Position numbers and translations under genes: made by a program. A model generated the notes under the pieces. That model was not told the DNA's origin and did not search any database. It worked only from the letters and a program-made list of their open reading frames with translations. A stretch of DNA of 63,736 nucleotides, counting the filler, from Reclinomonas americana ATCC 50394 (taxonomy: Eukaryota), in NCBI GenBank assembly GCA_048213135.1. It is 33 parts of 33 records of this genome, joined end to end, with 100 filler letters (N's around TTAATTAATTAA, not from the genome) between each part and the next. Parts side by side here need not be neighbours in the genome. Positions count along the whole stretch, not along the records: positions 45,761 to 48,597 come from AFZH01024525.1; positions 48,698 to 50,060 come from AFZH01024526.1; positions 50,161 to 51,485 come from AFZH01024527.1; positions 51,586 to 56,966 come from AFZH01024528.1; 29 more parts are not named here. The stretch is one strand, 5' to 3'. Positions 45,761 to 57,066 of this stretch are shown one piece after another. Every line of letters begins with the position of its first letter. Positions within the stretch are counted from its first letter, which is position 1.

Positions 45761-48597
45761 GGCGTTGGAGCCAAAGTTCTGCGGAATCGTCCACTGCAGG
45801 AAGATGTTGTTGAGGCCGTACTGCGTCACGACCAGGCTGGTCGGCGGGTTCGGCACGACGCCAGAGGCAGCCGGAGTGGTGAAGTTGATGGCAGTGCTGA
45901 ACGCGCACGTCACCGGGTTGGCGGTGGTGCCAGCCGGGTTGAAGGGCGAAGTCGGGAAGGCAATCGAGAACTGGTTGCTGGCGCAGATCTGCAGGTTGAC
46001 CGAGGTGCCAGCCGGCAGGCCAGTCACGTCAATGTAGTAGGTCGACAGGTTGGCGTTCCACGATCCAGTGCCGGTGCCGTTGGTGGCCGGGATGGAGCTG
46101 GTGTCAATGGCAACGGCAGAGCCGGCAGTGGCAGCAGTCACCGACGAGGCGCTGGTGGTCGAGTACACCACACGGTAGGCGCTCACGTTCGGAGTCGGGG
46201 TCGACAGGTTGCCCTGAGTGGCGCTTGAGGTGGCAGTGTTGGAGCCGCCGACGCTGATCGGGGTCGAGAAGTTGAGGCGCACGCCAGTCGAGAACAGGCG
46301 CGAGTACGCCACACCAGTGGGCGCAGCCGGCACGGAGCCGTTGTTGTCGGTGGTGGCCTGGAGGGAGCCGGCCGCCGAGGCAGTGGTGTTGTTGTTCACA
46401 GTGACGCGGATCTTGGTCGTGTACTGCGTGGCAGCCACAAAGTTGTTGGTGGTGCCGCTCACAGTGAAGCCGGTAATCTGCTGGTAGAAGCCAGAGTTGT
46501 ACGAGAACAGGCCGAAGAACGAGGTGGCGATGGTGCCAGCGCCAGTCGCACCGGTGGTGATGGCAGGCTGGTCAGTGCTGGCGTTGGTCACCGTGTAGGC
46601 GGCAGTCGGCGCAGCGGTGGTGTCGCCCGTGCCAAAGGTGGCCGGGTAGTTGAAGGCGACGACAAAAGACGTCGAAGTGACCTGGTCCACAGAGCCAGTG
46701 TACGGAGCCACTGCGTAGCCAGTCGGCGTGGCCGGCGCACCCGACGCCAGAGTCACAGTCACGGCGGTCGAGAAGGTCAGATTGGCACCGTTGGCACCCG
46801 GAGTGCCGCTGTTGTTGTTGTAGGCCGTCGAGATGGCGCAGCTGGTGCCAGTCAGGCCAGTGACCTTGACGAGCACGCGGTTGCGCGACAGACCAGAGCT
46901 GCCGACCGGGATGCCAAAGTCGGTCAGGTCGGCAATGCTGGTGACCACCGTCACCGCACCGGTGCCGCAGTCCGACTTGACGTACCACGACGGAGCACCG
47001 CCAATCACGCCCACATTGGCCGCCACACCCTCCCACTCCACCCACGCCGAAGTCGACGTGACGTAGCGCAGGGTCGACGACAGCGTCGGCGCCGCAGTCG
47101 ACACCTTGGTGGCATCGGTACCGCTGGTGGTCAGAGTGCCGCTCCAGGGAGCAGCCGAACGGTTGACCTGCGACTCGGTCCACACGTTGATGGTGTAGCC
47201 CTGGCCAGTGGAGGCGCTGGCAGCGGCGAGCGTGCTCAGCGTGTAGCCGCGCCACGTGCCAGACGACACGCTGGCAGCGGTCACAGTGGTGGGACCAGCG
47301 TCGCCAATCACGAACGCGCGGTTGGCAGTGGTGCCGGTGGCGAGGTTGGTCGTCTGCAGCACAGTGAGCGACGTGTTGATGTCCTGGAAGGTGCTGGCAG
47401 TGGCACCAGGGGTCTGCGACGAGAGACCACCCTGGCCGACAAGGTCAGTCGGCAGCTGCAGCCAGATGGTGGCCTGGGTGCTGCCAATGTAGTAGATGGC
47501 GTTGGAGCCGGCAGTGGCGGCCGGGCCACGGGCTGTTTAGGAGGAAAGGAAAGGAGAGAAGTGTGAGCTTTCAGGTGGCGAGAGAGAGGGAGGGAGGGAG
47601 GGGAGGCGCAACTGGTGGCGGTGTAGAAGTTGGTGCCAGTCGGCGAGGCGGCGGCGGCCGAGTTGGTGCTGGCCGCGTTCGTGACGGAGAAGGCGACCTG
47701 GGGGAAGTACTGGCGGCCGGGGAGGAGGCCAGAGAGGGTGACCTGCCAGCCGTCGAGGTGAGCAGTGACGGCTTGGTTGCTGTTGGCAGTGGTGGTGAGG
47801 CCCGAGGCGACAGCGACACCGCGCACATTGGCAGTGCCAGTGGCAGTGAAGCCGTAGACGCTGGCAGCAGACGAGGCGTTGACGTTGGCCTGGTTCGCAG
47901 TGTACTGCGCACCGCCGGCGGTCAGCGTGATGACGAAGGTCAGCGAAGTGTCGGTGATGTCGATGACGGTGATCGAGTTGGCGGCGGTGAGGGCACCAGC
48001 GTTGACGCCGACACCAGAGGCAACACCGCCAGCAGTGTTCGGAAGAACAATGGCGGCACCGCAGCAGAAGAGCGGCGCAACGGTGCCACCACTAACAAGA
48101 GTCCACTGGGCACCAAAAATCTGGGTGGCAGCGACAGTAGCAGCAGCATTCATGCGGACAGCCACCACGAACTTGGAAGCCGTCAGGGCAGTAGTCGAGG
48201 TGTTGCCGTCAAGGTACTGGGCATCGGTGGCAGCAGTAATGCCAGCAGCGCCCGTAAGGCCGTAAGCGAAGGTAATGGCATTCACGCCACCAACCGAAGT
48301 GCCAGTGGCGGCAGTCGCCACCACACCGCGCTGAGTCGGCGAGCCAACGTTCATCACCACAAAGTTGTTGCCGAGCGTGACGTATCCATTGACGTCGGTC
48401 ACGGCAGTGCCAGAGCGGTTGAACCAGATGGCATTGGTGGGAGCAGTCACAGCAAGGGAAGTGACGAATGTCATGGCGCCGTTGGCAGATCCACTGGTGG
48501 CGTTCGTCACCACAAGGTTCACAGTGCCGGCCGCGGTGGCGTTGAACGTCACAGTGCCAGTGAGGTCGCTCGCGCCCATCGACACGGTGCCGGTGGC
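45761..48597 (-). CDS. Large Thr/Ala/Gly-rich fibronectin type III repeat protein, partial; one intron at 47533-47612
   Basis: VTLSGLLPGRQY, PAAPTGV, IDVTGLPAGTSVNLQICASNQ and PNPPTSLVVTQ..IFLQWTIP are FN3-like motifs. Confidence 0.75.
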
Positions 48598-48697
48598 NNN
48601 NNNNNNNNNNNNNNNNNNNNNNNNNNNNNNNNNNNNNNNNNTTAATTAATTAANNNNNNNNNNNNNNNNNNNNNNNNNNNNNNNNNNNNNNNNNNNN

Positions 48698-50010
48698 TCC
48701 AGCGACGCCATTGGCGCCGAAAGTGTACGGAGTCGCACCAAAGCCACCGTTGCCGATGACCGTGGCAGCAGCCGTGTTGTAGAGGCAGTTGATGGTAGTG
48801 CCACCAGTCACTGCCCAGCAAGCCACCAGAGTCGGGGCAGCAATAGTCGGGTTGGCAGCAGCGCTGAGGGTGAGAGTCTGCTGCGAGGCAGTGTCGAGCG
48901 CGGCAGTGCCGTCGCCGTTGGCGTTCTGAGCGAGCACACGGACGCGGTACGTGGTGATGGCGCCACCGTTCTGCGTCGTCGGCAGCGCCGAGATCAAGAC
49001 GTGGCCACCAGACACACGGCCAAAGGTCGTGTCGGTCACTGGCGTGCCAGTGGGCGTCGAGAAGGCGTTGTACAGCACAGCGCCATTGTTAAACGCCGCA
49101 GTCTCCACCTTCCAGCCGGTGATGGCACCGCCAGTCAGCTGAGGGGAAGTCCACGAGATGAGGCCGCCAGCCGAGGCCGCAGCCACAACAGTCGGCTGTC
49201 CGACCTTGTTCGGGGACTGCTTGCCGTCCTGGGTGGTCACCGTGGCGGTCTGCGAGAGAAGAGGAGAGAAGGGTGGGGTGAGCAAGCTGCTTCGCACAGA
49301 TACACACAACATTTCACAATGACAAAAAGACGCAACAGAGCTCCACGGGCCAAAGCCCCACTGGCCCACAGCGCGCGCGCGCACCACGTAGCCGGTGCTC
49401 GGCTGCAGGATGCTGGACGAGGCAGTGGCACCAGTGCCAGACACCACGCACGTCTGCTGCGAGAACGGACCAGCACTGAACGGGATGATGGCCGCATTGG
49501 CGTTGTTGCCGTTGATGGTCTCAGTGTAGAAGGTCACCGGAGTCCAGGCGGTCAGCGAGCTGCCAGTCGAGCTGCGGATCTGCACCTGGAAGAACGGAGT
49601 CTGCAGCTGGTTGAAGTTGGCGACGTTGCCGGAGCCCGTGGCGCCAGTCTGGCCGAGCTTGATCGGCGGGTAGAACGACAGCACGAACGAGGTGGCCGAC
49701 GTGTAGCTGATGGCCAGGTTGGTCGGCTGGCGCGGGGTACCGCCGAGCGGCACCGTCACGACCTGCGACGAGGTGCGGACGCCCTCACCGTACGAGTTGA
49801 CCGCGTAGGCCTGTTGGTGGGGGAAGAGAGATGAGATGAGTGTGGGGATGGGAGGAGGGAAGAGAATGGGAGAAGAGAGACGCAACAGCGATGGTGTACT
49901 GCACGCCCTCCTGGATGTTCTGGTCAAAGTAGCGCAGAATCATGCCGTAGCAGCCGGCGCCGCCAGAGGAAGGACCGCCATTGGCCGCAATGGCGTTGAC
50001 CGACGAGCAC
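48698..50010 (-). CDS. Fibronectin type III repeat protein, partial; introns at 49250-49336 and 49811-49886
   Basis: YTIA|AYAVNSYGEG, LQPSTGYVVRARAVGQWGFGPWSS|TATVTT, ISWTSPQLTGGAITGWKVE and YRVRVLAQNANGDG. Confidence 0.8.
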
Positions 50011-50367
50011 TGTTGTTGGAGGGGAGAGGAGAGGGTGAGCAGAGGGAGTGGGAGAGGGACNNNNNNNNNNNNNNNNNNNNNNNNNNNNNNNNNNNNNNNN
50101 NNNNTTAATTAATTAANNNNNNNNNNNNNNNNNNNNNNNNNNNNNNNNNNNNNNNNNNNNTGGAGGCAGTGGGCACACACGCACACAAAGAGACAGAGCA
50201 GAGAGGGTTTGGAGTGTGCCGCGCGTGGTGGAGAGTGTGCAGCGAGAGGAGTGAAGTACTCTGCAGCAGTGAACTGCATCAGTGATCAATCGATTGCCAA
50301 TCAAATCCCGGACATACCAAGGGAAGTGGATCAAGTGAGTTTGGTGCAGAGACCAGAGCGTGCATGA

Positions 50368-50420
<53 letters not shown>

Positions 50421-51585
50421 TGAGAGTGAGAGAGGGAGAGAGAGTGAGTGAAACCAAGAGAGGTAGGTGAAAACAGAGTAAACATTGCCAGGATGAGCGA
50501 CACGAGAAAAAGCATTGTGACAAGAGGAGAAGAAGACTGACAGAGTGACAGACAGAGCACTCACGGGAAAAACAGACACCACCACCCGTGAAAAGCGAGT
50601 TGCCGACTCACCACGATTGCGGAGAGAGTGAACTAACATTGACAATCGCTTGCTCGCCCTTTTATTGTCCACTTGCTCCCTTTTGTGGAATGTAGGGCTC
50701 TGTGAAATTTCTTTGTTGACTGACGCCGAAAGGCAATCAGTGAGTTTGTCACAACTTTGAACTTGACGGTTTTCAACACCTCGTCATGCACCAGAGCACA
50801 ACTGAGGATTGGCGTGCGCGTCTCTGGAAGGCGCACACGCCAGTCGCGCAAGCGCTCTATGGCGATGCGAAAACGGGCAGAGGGGATGGTCCGCTGAAAG
50901 TTTTTTCTGTTCGCCACACGCTGTCCTGATTCCCGGTGATGCACTACCATATGGGGTGTCGGGGCAACCGATTCCGAAACTCCGCCGAAGTCTCGCACTG
51001 TCATTTCAACAGATTGACTGTCGGTTGACACTTGTCGCATTTTTTCACTGTCTCGCTGGTGTGCACTGATGGTGGGAGTACCATCACCTTGCTCACCCTC
51101 GAGCGCGCTTCACGTGGATAATGTTTTTTCGATGATTGCGGCTGTTTCAAGTTTGTCTGATTTTTTGTGCGTGAGATGCGAAAGTTAAGTGATCTCGATG
51201 TCCACCAACACACGCGTGTGCATGGCGACCACGTCTTGGAGGGCGATGAGTGGCGCTCCTGGTGACACTCTGTGTGCCACGCACAGAGCCGTGTGAGTCG
51301 TCTGGTGCAGTCAACCGCCACTGATAGCTATTTTTGGATGTGCGGTGTATTGAGCGTCCCCCACCGCACACTCTCGCACATGCAGTCGCTCCTCATCCTC
51401 CTCTCTTTCACAACTGACACGAAGCCGATGCGCGAGGGCGTGCGCGCTCGGCACGGACATATGGTGATAGAAGGTGTAACATTCGNNNNNNNNNNNNNNN
51501 NNNNNNNNNNNNNNNNNNNNNNNNNNNNNTTAATTAATTAANNNNNNNNNNNNNNNNNNNNNNNNNNNNNNNNNNNNNNNNNNNN

Positions 51586-51949
51586 CGGAGAGGTGGTGCG
51601 TGCGCAGGTAAGAGCACGAAAGAATAGAATTCGCGGGCTTTTTGCCCACTTGAAGTGACACCAAAGTCACGTGGGTCAATTCCGACGTTGCGGGAAACGC
51701 GAGCACACTCATAGTCCACTCACCGTTGCGGTTCGCATTCTCCTTTCCCTCCTCTTCCTCCTCATCCTCCTCTTCATCGCCCACTTCATCTCGTTTCTTC
51801 CTCCTCTTCTCACACAAGATGCCCACGCGCGGTGCTGGTGGAATGTCACGCCACTCGACGATGCAATCCTCGTCGTCATCCTCGATCACAGTGGACTCAC
51901 GTCGCACTGCGTCATCGTCGCCATCCAGGAAGTCAGAGTCGTCAATCAT
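51586..51949 (-). CDS. Hypothetical eukaryotic protein, acidic N-terminal exon
   Basis: MIDDSDFLDGDDD...EEEEEGKENANRN followed by a GTGAGT donor; no family recognised. Confidence 0.35.
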
Positions 51950-52169
51950 ACCCCGCGCAGACAACGACCCATGCTATGCCAACAACGTAGACGCGTGCGA
52001 ATAAAGCGGGACAAGTGATTTGCGGGACTTGTGCGCAACGACGTTTTCGTGTGCTTCGAAAGGAGGGTGAGGGGTGGCTGGGCACTCAAGACTGCTACAT
52101 CAAAAAATAACTGCTTCTGTTGCTCTTATTGTCGGTGAATGAACTGCCTTCGCTTCGTTCACTCACTCC

Positions 52170-53923
52170 TCAATCATCTTCGGTAGCCATCCAGCAGAAA
52201 CGCGCACAGAGAAAGAGATGATCCGAACCGTGCGCCGCATTGGGGATTCCCGGGTACGGAGGCTGCGTGTCTGCGCGCCCCACAAATCACGTCAGCTTCT
52301 CCCTTTCCACTCTTTGCCCCACTGCCTCTTCCTCCTCATTTTCTCACCTGCAGCCTCAATGTCCTTGATGCCCGGCATAGGCACAAAGGCGGTGAGACGG
52401 AGTCCGTCGGTCACCGAGGCCGATGCTTTGCTGCCGCCGGGTGTGGTCGGTGTGGCCGGACTGAGGTCGCCATCGTGCGCTGTCAGCGGCGGTGGCGTGT
52501 ACCACATGTAGTCCACCGTGCCGGTGTCGCGAGGACTCCACAGGGTGAATGGTGGTTCGTGGTGCGAGCGAGGCGTGCGGTTCGGACCGTCGTGGGTGGC
52601 CGGACACGGTATCACCTCAAAGTCGCGTTCCTCGTGCTCCAGCGACACCGGATGCGAGTACACGCTGCGGAGGGGCAACGAGTGCTCCAGCGGCAGTGTC
52701 GACAGGTACTGCGTTGGATCCCACTGCACGTCGGGGTGAATGGTGGGCACGCTACCCGAGTCAAGGTAGTGATACACCGCACTGTGGAAGAGGATTAGTG
52801 TCGTGCACACACACACACACACACACACGCAGTCAGACACACACACACACACGCGTCGTACCTCCAAGGGAACGAGTTGAAGTCGCCGCAGAGGATCACT
52901 GGCGGCGGAGCGCTGCCGGTCACCTTCCACAGCACCTCGCCGTTGGAGTGGAGAAAGCGTTGCAAGGCCTCCACCACTTGCACAGCTTGCCACAGTTTCT
53001 GCACATCGGAGACGGGCGTGAGGCAACCTAGCAGCGGCACGACACATTGCAGAAAACACACACACACCAGGTCCGGGTGCGTGTGCGGAAAGTACAAGTG
53101 GGTCGAGGCCACCACCACGAGATTGTTGGTCAGCATATCACGCAGCAGCACAAACAGCGCCGAGTTGCTGAACCGACTGCCTGCGTTGGCAAAGCGCGCC
53201 AGCACGGCAGGATCAGCGTCCTTCAGCGTCGCCTCGGCATGCCTCCGCAAATCCAGCGTCGCGCTCGCAATGGTCTCGAATCTACGCCAGCGCGCGCGCG
53301 CACGTGTGTGTGAGTGAGACGCACTCGTGGCAGTCACAGCACACACAGAGACGCGCTCGCTCGCACCGATCACGCTTGAACAGCACCGCGTTGCCATCGA
53401 TGCTGCCCTCCTCATCGGTCCTCTCCGCATCGCGCTCCACGTACTCGCCCTCGTACCCATGCTCCGCAATGTACTTGGTCAAGGCATCGTCCTCTTCTTC
53501 TGCATCCACCTCGCCTGCACTCACCGCCATCCAGTGCGCAAACATGCGTCGCTCCACCTCTTGCATGACGAGAATGTCGGGCGAGAGGCGAGCAAGGTCC
53601 GCGGCCATGAGCTCCGCGCGTTGCTTCCATGGCAGATGTTCAGGCAGGAAGAGCCACATGTCGACATCGGCTTGCTTGGTGTACATGGGCTGTACGTATA
53701 TGAGATAAGAGTGAGAGAATGCTCAATCAGTTGTCTCACACGTGATGCAATGCACACAACTGCAAGAATGTTGTGTGACAGCACAGTGAACGAGGAGGTT
53801 TCTGTGGGCACGTGCGCACAGCAGCATCAGTGTGCGTGTGTGTGCGTTTGTGTGTGAGAGAGACACACACACAACATACGCACCAGCCTCCCCTGGCTCA
53901 TCAATCTGCACCCACTCTCTCAT
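52170..53923 (-). CDS. EEP-superfamily nuclease (CCR4/nocturnin/Angel/PDE12 group), multi-exon
   Basis: Spliced product contains FTVLSHNILAPMY, DILVMQEV, DGNAVLFK, STHL, ILCGDFNS, TVDYMWY and GSDH. The start is uncertain. Confidence 0.88.
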
Positions 53924-54034
53924 GGGAGTTTAACAAACGATTTTCACTCTCACACACGCGCTCACTCTCTTTGCTAATGGTACACCTAACACGGGCGGGC
54001 GAGCGGGCGGGCGGGAGTTGCGCGAAACTGAACT

Positions 54035-56702
54035 TCACAGCAAGTCCTGTGGATTTTGGTTGCTGTCGCGCGTCTCGGTAACAAACGGGTGCTGCAGAAG
54101 CAGACTTGCATCTGGTCGTTCCATGGGATCACTGTGTATCGCGCCAGAGGAAGGGCGAGTGAGGGGCAATCGATTGATACAGCTGTGAAACGTCGCGCGC
54201 TGCGTAACATGCGGAGACACCGGTGCAGGAAGTCTTGCGCCAGTGGTGGCAGGTCGGACGGTACTCGTGGCGTCTCTCTTGAGAAGAGCTTGAAGGCGAT
54301 GGCAAACTGCAAACAAAGGGCGAAGTGGTGAGTGCGGTACGACTTGAATGAGATCTTACGAGAGAGTGGCGAACCGAGTCCGGCAGCTCGGGGAACGGGC
54401 GGTTGCCGCTGCACGAGGTGGGGGGAAGAGGTAAGTCTGTGGTGGTAGGTGAAGCAGACAAGCGGTTCACGAAGACGCACGTTAAGAGTTCGAGAACCGT
54501 GCAGCCGAGTGACCTGCAATCGCGTGGTGAGGAAAACAGGCATGTAATCATCAGCGCGCACAGAAACCGCCGTCCACGCACCAAATGTCCACCTTGGCAC
54601 CTGCGGGACTTGACACGATCAGCAACAACGGCGGAGTGGACTACCGGCCTCTCAGGGAGACGACCTCCGACGCAACTGTAGCGAATCCTTGACGGTTTCT
54701 TTTCTTGCAACTGGAACGAGGTTAGCGGACCGACGGCGGCCAATGCAGCGGAGAGGGAGATGGAGGGCGAGGTGGCGGAGCCGATAAGCGATGGTGTTAC
54801 GGTGCCCGTGTTGCTGCCCTCCACTGGGCAGATGACCTCGCGCGGCAGGTATGCCATAGAGCTGATGTCGCCCGTGTTGGTGCACGTGATGCCCGCGTTC
54901 TCCAGACACCTGTTCAGACCAAAATCTGTGCGGCGGGGCGGCGGCGGCGGTTGCGTGACACATTGGGAGGATCAAAGAGCGGCAGCAGCAGCAGACACAA
55001 ACCGGCCAGCTTCACCAACGTGCGTCCGCCGTCGTGCGTCAACAGAACATTCGATGGCTTGAGATCTACATCCCCGTCATGAGAAACGAGTGGCGCACAC
55101 ACCAGACTCCTCACATACCTCGGTGAATCACTCCACTCCGGTGCAGGAATTCAATGCCCGTCAACATCTGAACCCCGCGCACCAGATTTAGAATCTCCGA
55201 CACACATTTTCACATCACACACGAGGCAAGTGGCGCACCTGTTTCGTGTAGTTTCGCACCGCGGCCTCGGGCAACCTGCGATCCTTGAATCGCCACGCCA
55301 GCTGACTCAGCGAACCACCGCTGCAGTATTCCATTACTGCATCATTCGCCTCGCGTGTCAGCAGCACACACACACACATCGAAAAACATTGCCCAAATAC
55401 AGAAAAACAATGGGCGGAGATACAGAAAAACTCCTCTCCCCCACACACACACCGACTTGCATCTCGTCGCCGCCGACCGGCGCCACACGATACACCGACG
55501 CCACATTCGGATGCACGACGGCCTCCATTACCGCATATTCTCCAGCAATGGTCGCCGCCTGCTCATTCGTGAGTGCACAAAAAGAAAAAGCACCCCCCAC
55601 CGCACCACCAAGGAAGCACACCGTGACCACGGCCGGATCCACATGCAACGCCACTCTCTTCACCGCCACCATCATGCCTGCAGACGGCCCGCTCGATATC
55701 ACCGCATCATGAACCGTCGCAAATGTTCCGCGCCCCAGCTCCCTTGCTGCGCACTCAGCCGCTCAGCACTCGACTCACCACTCACCCAGCACAGCACACC
55801 AAGCGACGCAACAGCTGAGCTCATACACCAGCTCCACGCCACGCTCCACGCGTGGTGTCTCACCTCCACCTGCGCCCACTGCGCCTCCGCGACTCCCTCT
55901 CCGCGACAAGGACGACGACAGAGACGAGCCCGAGGAACCCGACGATGACGCGCCCGCCGCAGCTGCTGCTGTCACAGCCGCAGCCGCCGCAGCTGTTGTT
56001 GCCGTCACCTTGCTGCTGCTCATCTGCTGCTCCTCCTGATCATCTTCATCATCATCAACATCTTCCTCCTCTTGGTCATCATCATCATCATCATCATCAT
56101 CATTGATAGTCGCGCTCGTCACAGTGGTCTCTGTGAACGCCAGACTGTGGTACCGGTGATGCCCGCTGACGTGTCCCTCTTGTTGCTGTTGCTGCTGCTG
56201 CTGCTGTTGTTGTTGTTGTTGTATAAGCTCGGGGTGCAAGTTGTGCAAGAGCCCTGGCACTGCGCCCACTGATGACACCATCGACGCCGACGAGCGTTGC
56301 ATAGTGCTCCCGGGGATCGACTGTATATGCGACGCACAATAGTGAGCGCGCGAGTGTGCTGACAGGGCAGCGACGAGTGTGCTGACGAAACGATCATGGA
56401 GCCACTGGAAAGGTCCTCGCCAAACATCGTAAGAGATTGAGAGAGTGACAGACTCGCGCGCGCGCGTCTCTCTCACTGCTCTCACACACACGAATGGCCG
56501 CGGACGTGTTGCCAGAGCACCCGGGCGAGCTGGTGGCACAGGTGACACTGACGCTGTTTGGCATTGGGTTTGGGGGCTCTGCCTCTGCTGGATCGTCCAT
56601 GTCGTCCTCCTCCTCTTCTTCCTCGTTGTTGTCTTCGGTGCCGGCGGAGCGTGCGCCATGTAATCGCATAGTGCAAGGCTTGTTGTTTGGCGATGGCGCC
56701 AT
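54035..56702 (-). CDS. Ser/Thr protein kinase (STE/MAP3K-like) with a low-complexity N-terminus, multi-exon
   Basis: Spliced product contains ELGRGTFATV, VAVKR, HPNV, MEYCSGGSL, IHRDLKPSNVLL, VKLADFG, KVDIWSLGCTVLELLTGNRPF and DPMERPDASLLLQHPF. The start is uncertain. Confidence 0.88.
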
Positions 56703-57066
56703 GATCACAGAGTTGCGCGCGCGCGTGTGTGTGTGAGAGAGAGTGTGTATCAGTTGCTCATGATGATGACGATGATGCAGGGGTCTGCGTGGTGGCGACG
56801 ATGTGCATGAGCGTGTGACGGAGCATGTTGCGTGTATGTCGCACCTCTTGCCTCACTTACCACGCATGCTCATGTCGTCTCTCTCTCTCTCTGTTGTGCA
56901 GCAACTGACGATCTTTCATCTGGCGGTGATCTGCAACGGGACCAAGCTGCTGAAGGTGTTGCTGGCNNNNNNNNNNNNNNNNNNNNNNNNNNNNNNNNNN
57001 NNNNNNNNNNTTAATTAATTAANNNNNNNNNNNNNNNNNNNNNNNNNNNNNNNNNNNNNNNNNNNN

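Noticed and set aside
50161..51485. Possible plus-strand spliced gene (e.g. STTEDWRARLWKAHTPVAQALYGD)
   Set aside because: Plausible exons, but I could not build a consistent model or recognise a family.
37935..56702. Alternative genetic code in the eukaryote
   Set aside because: Spliced models have no in-frame stops and end in TAA or TGA normally.
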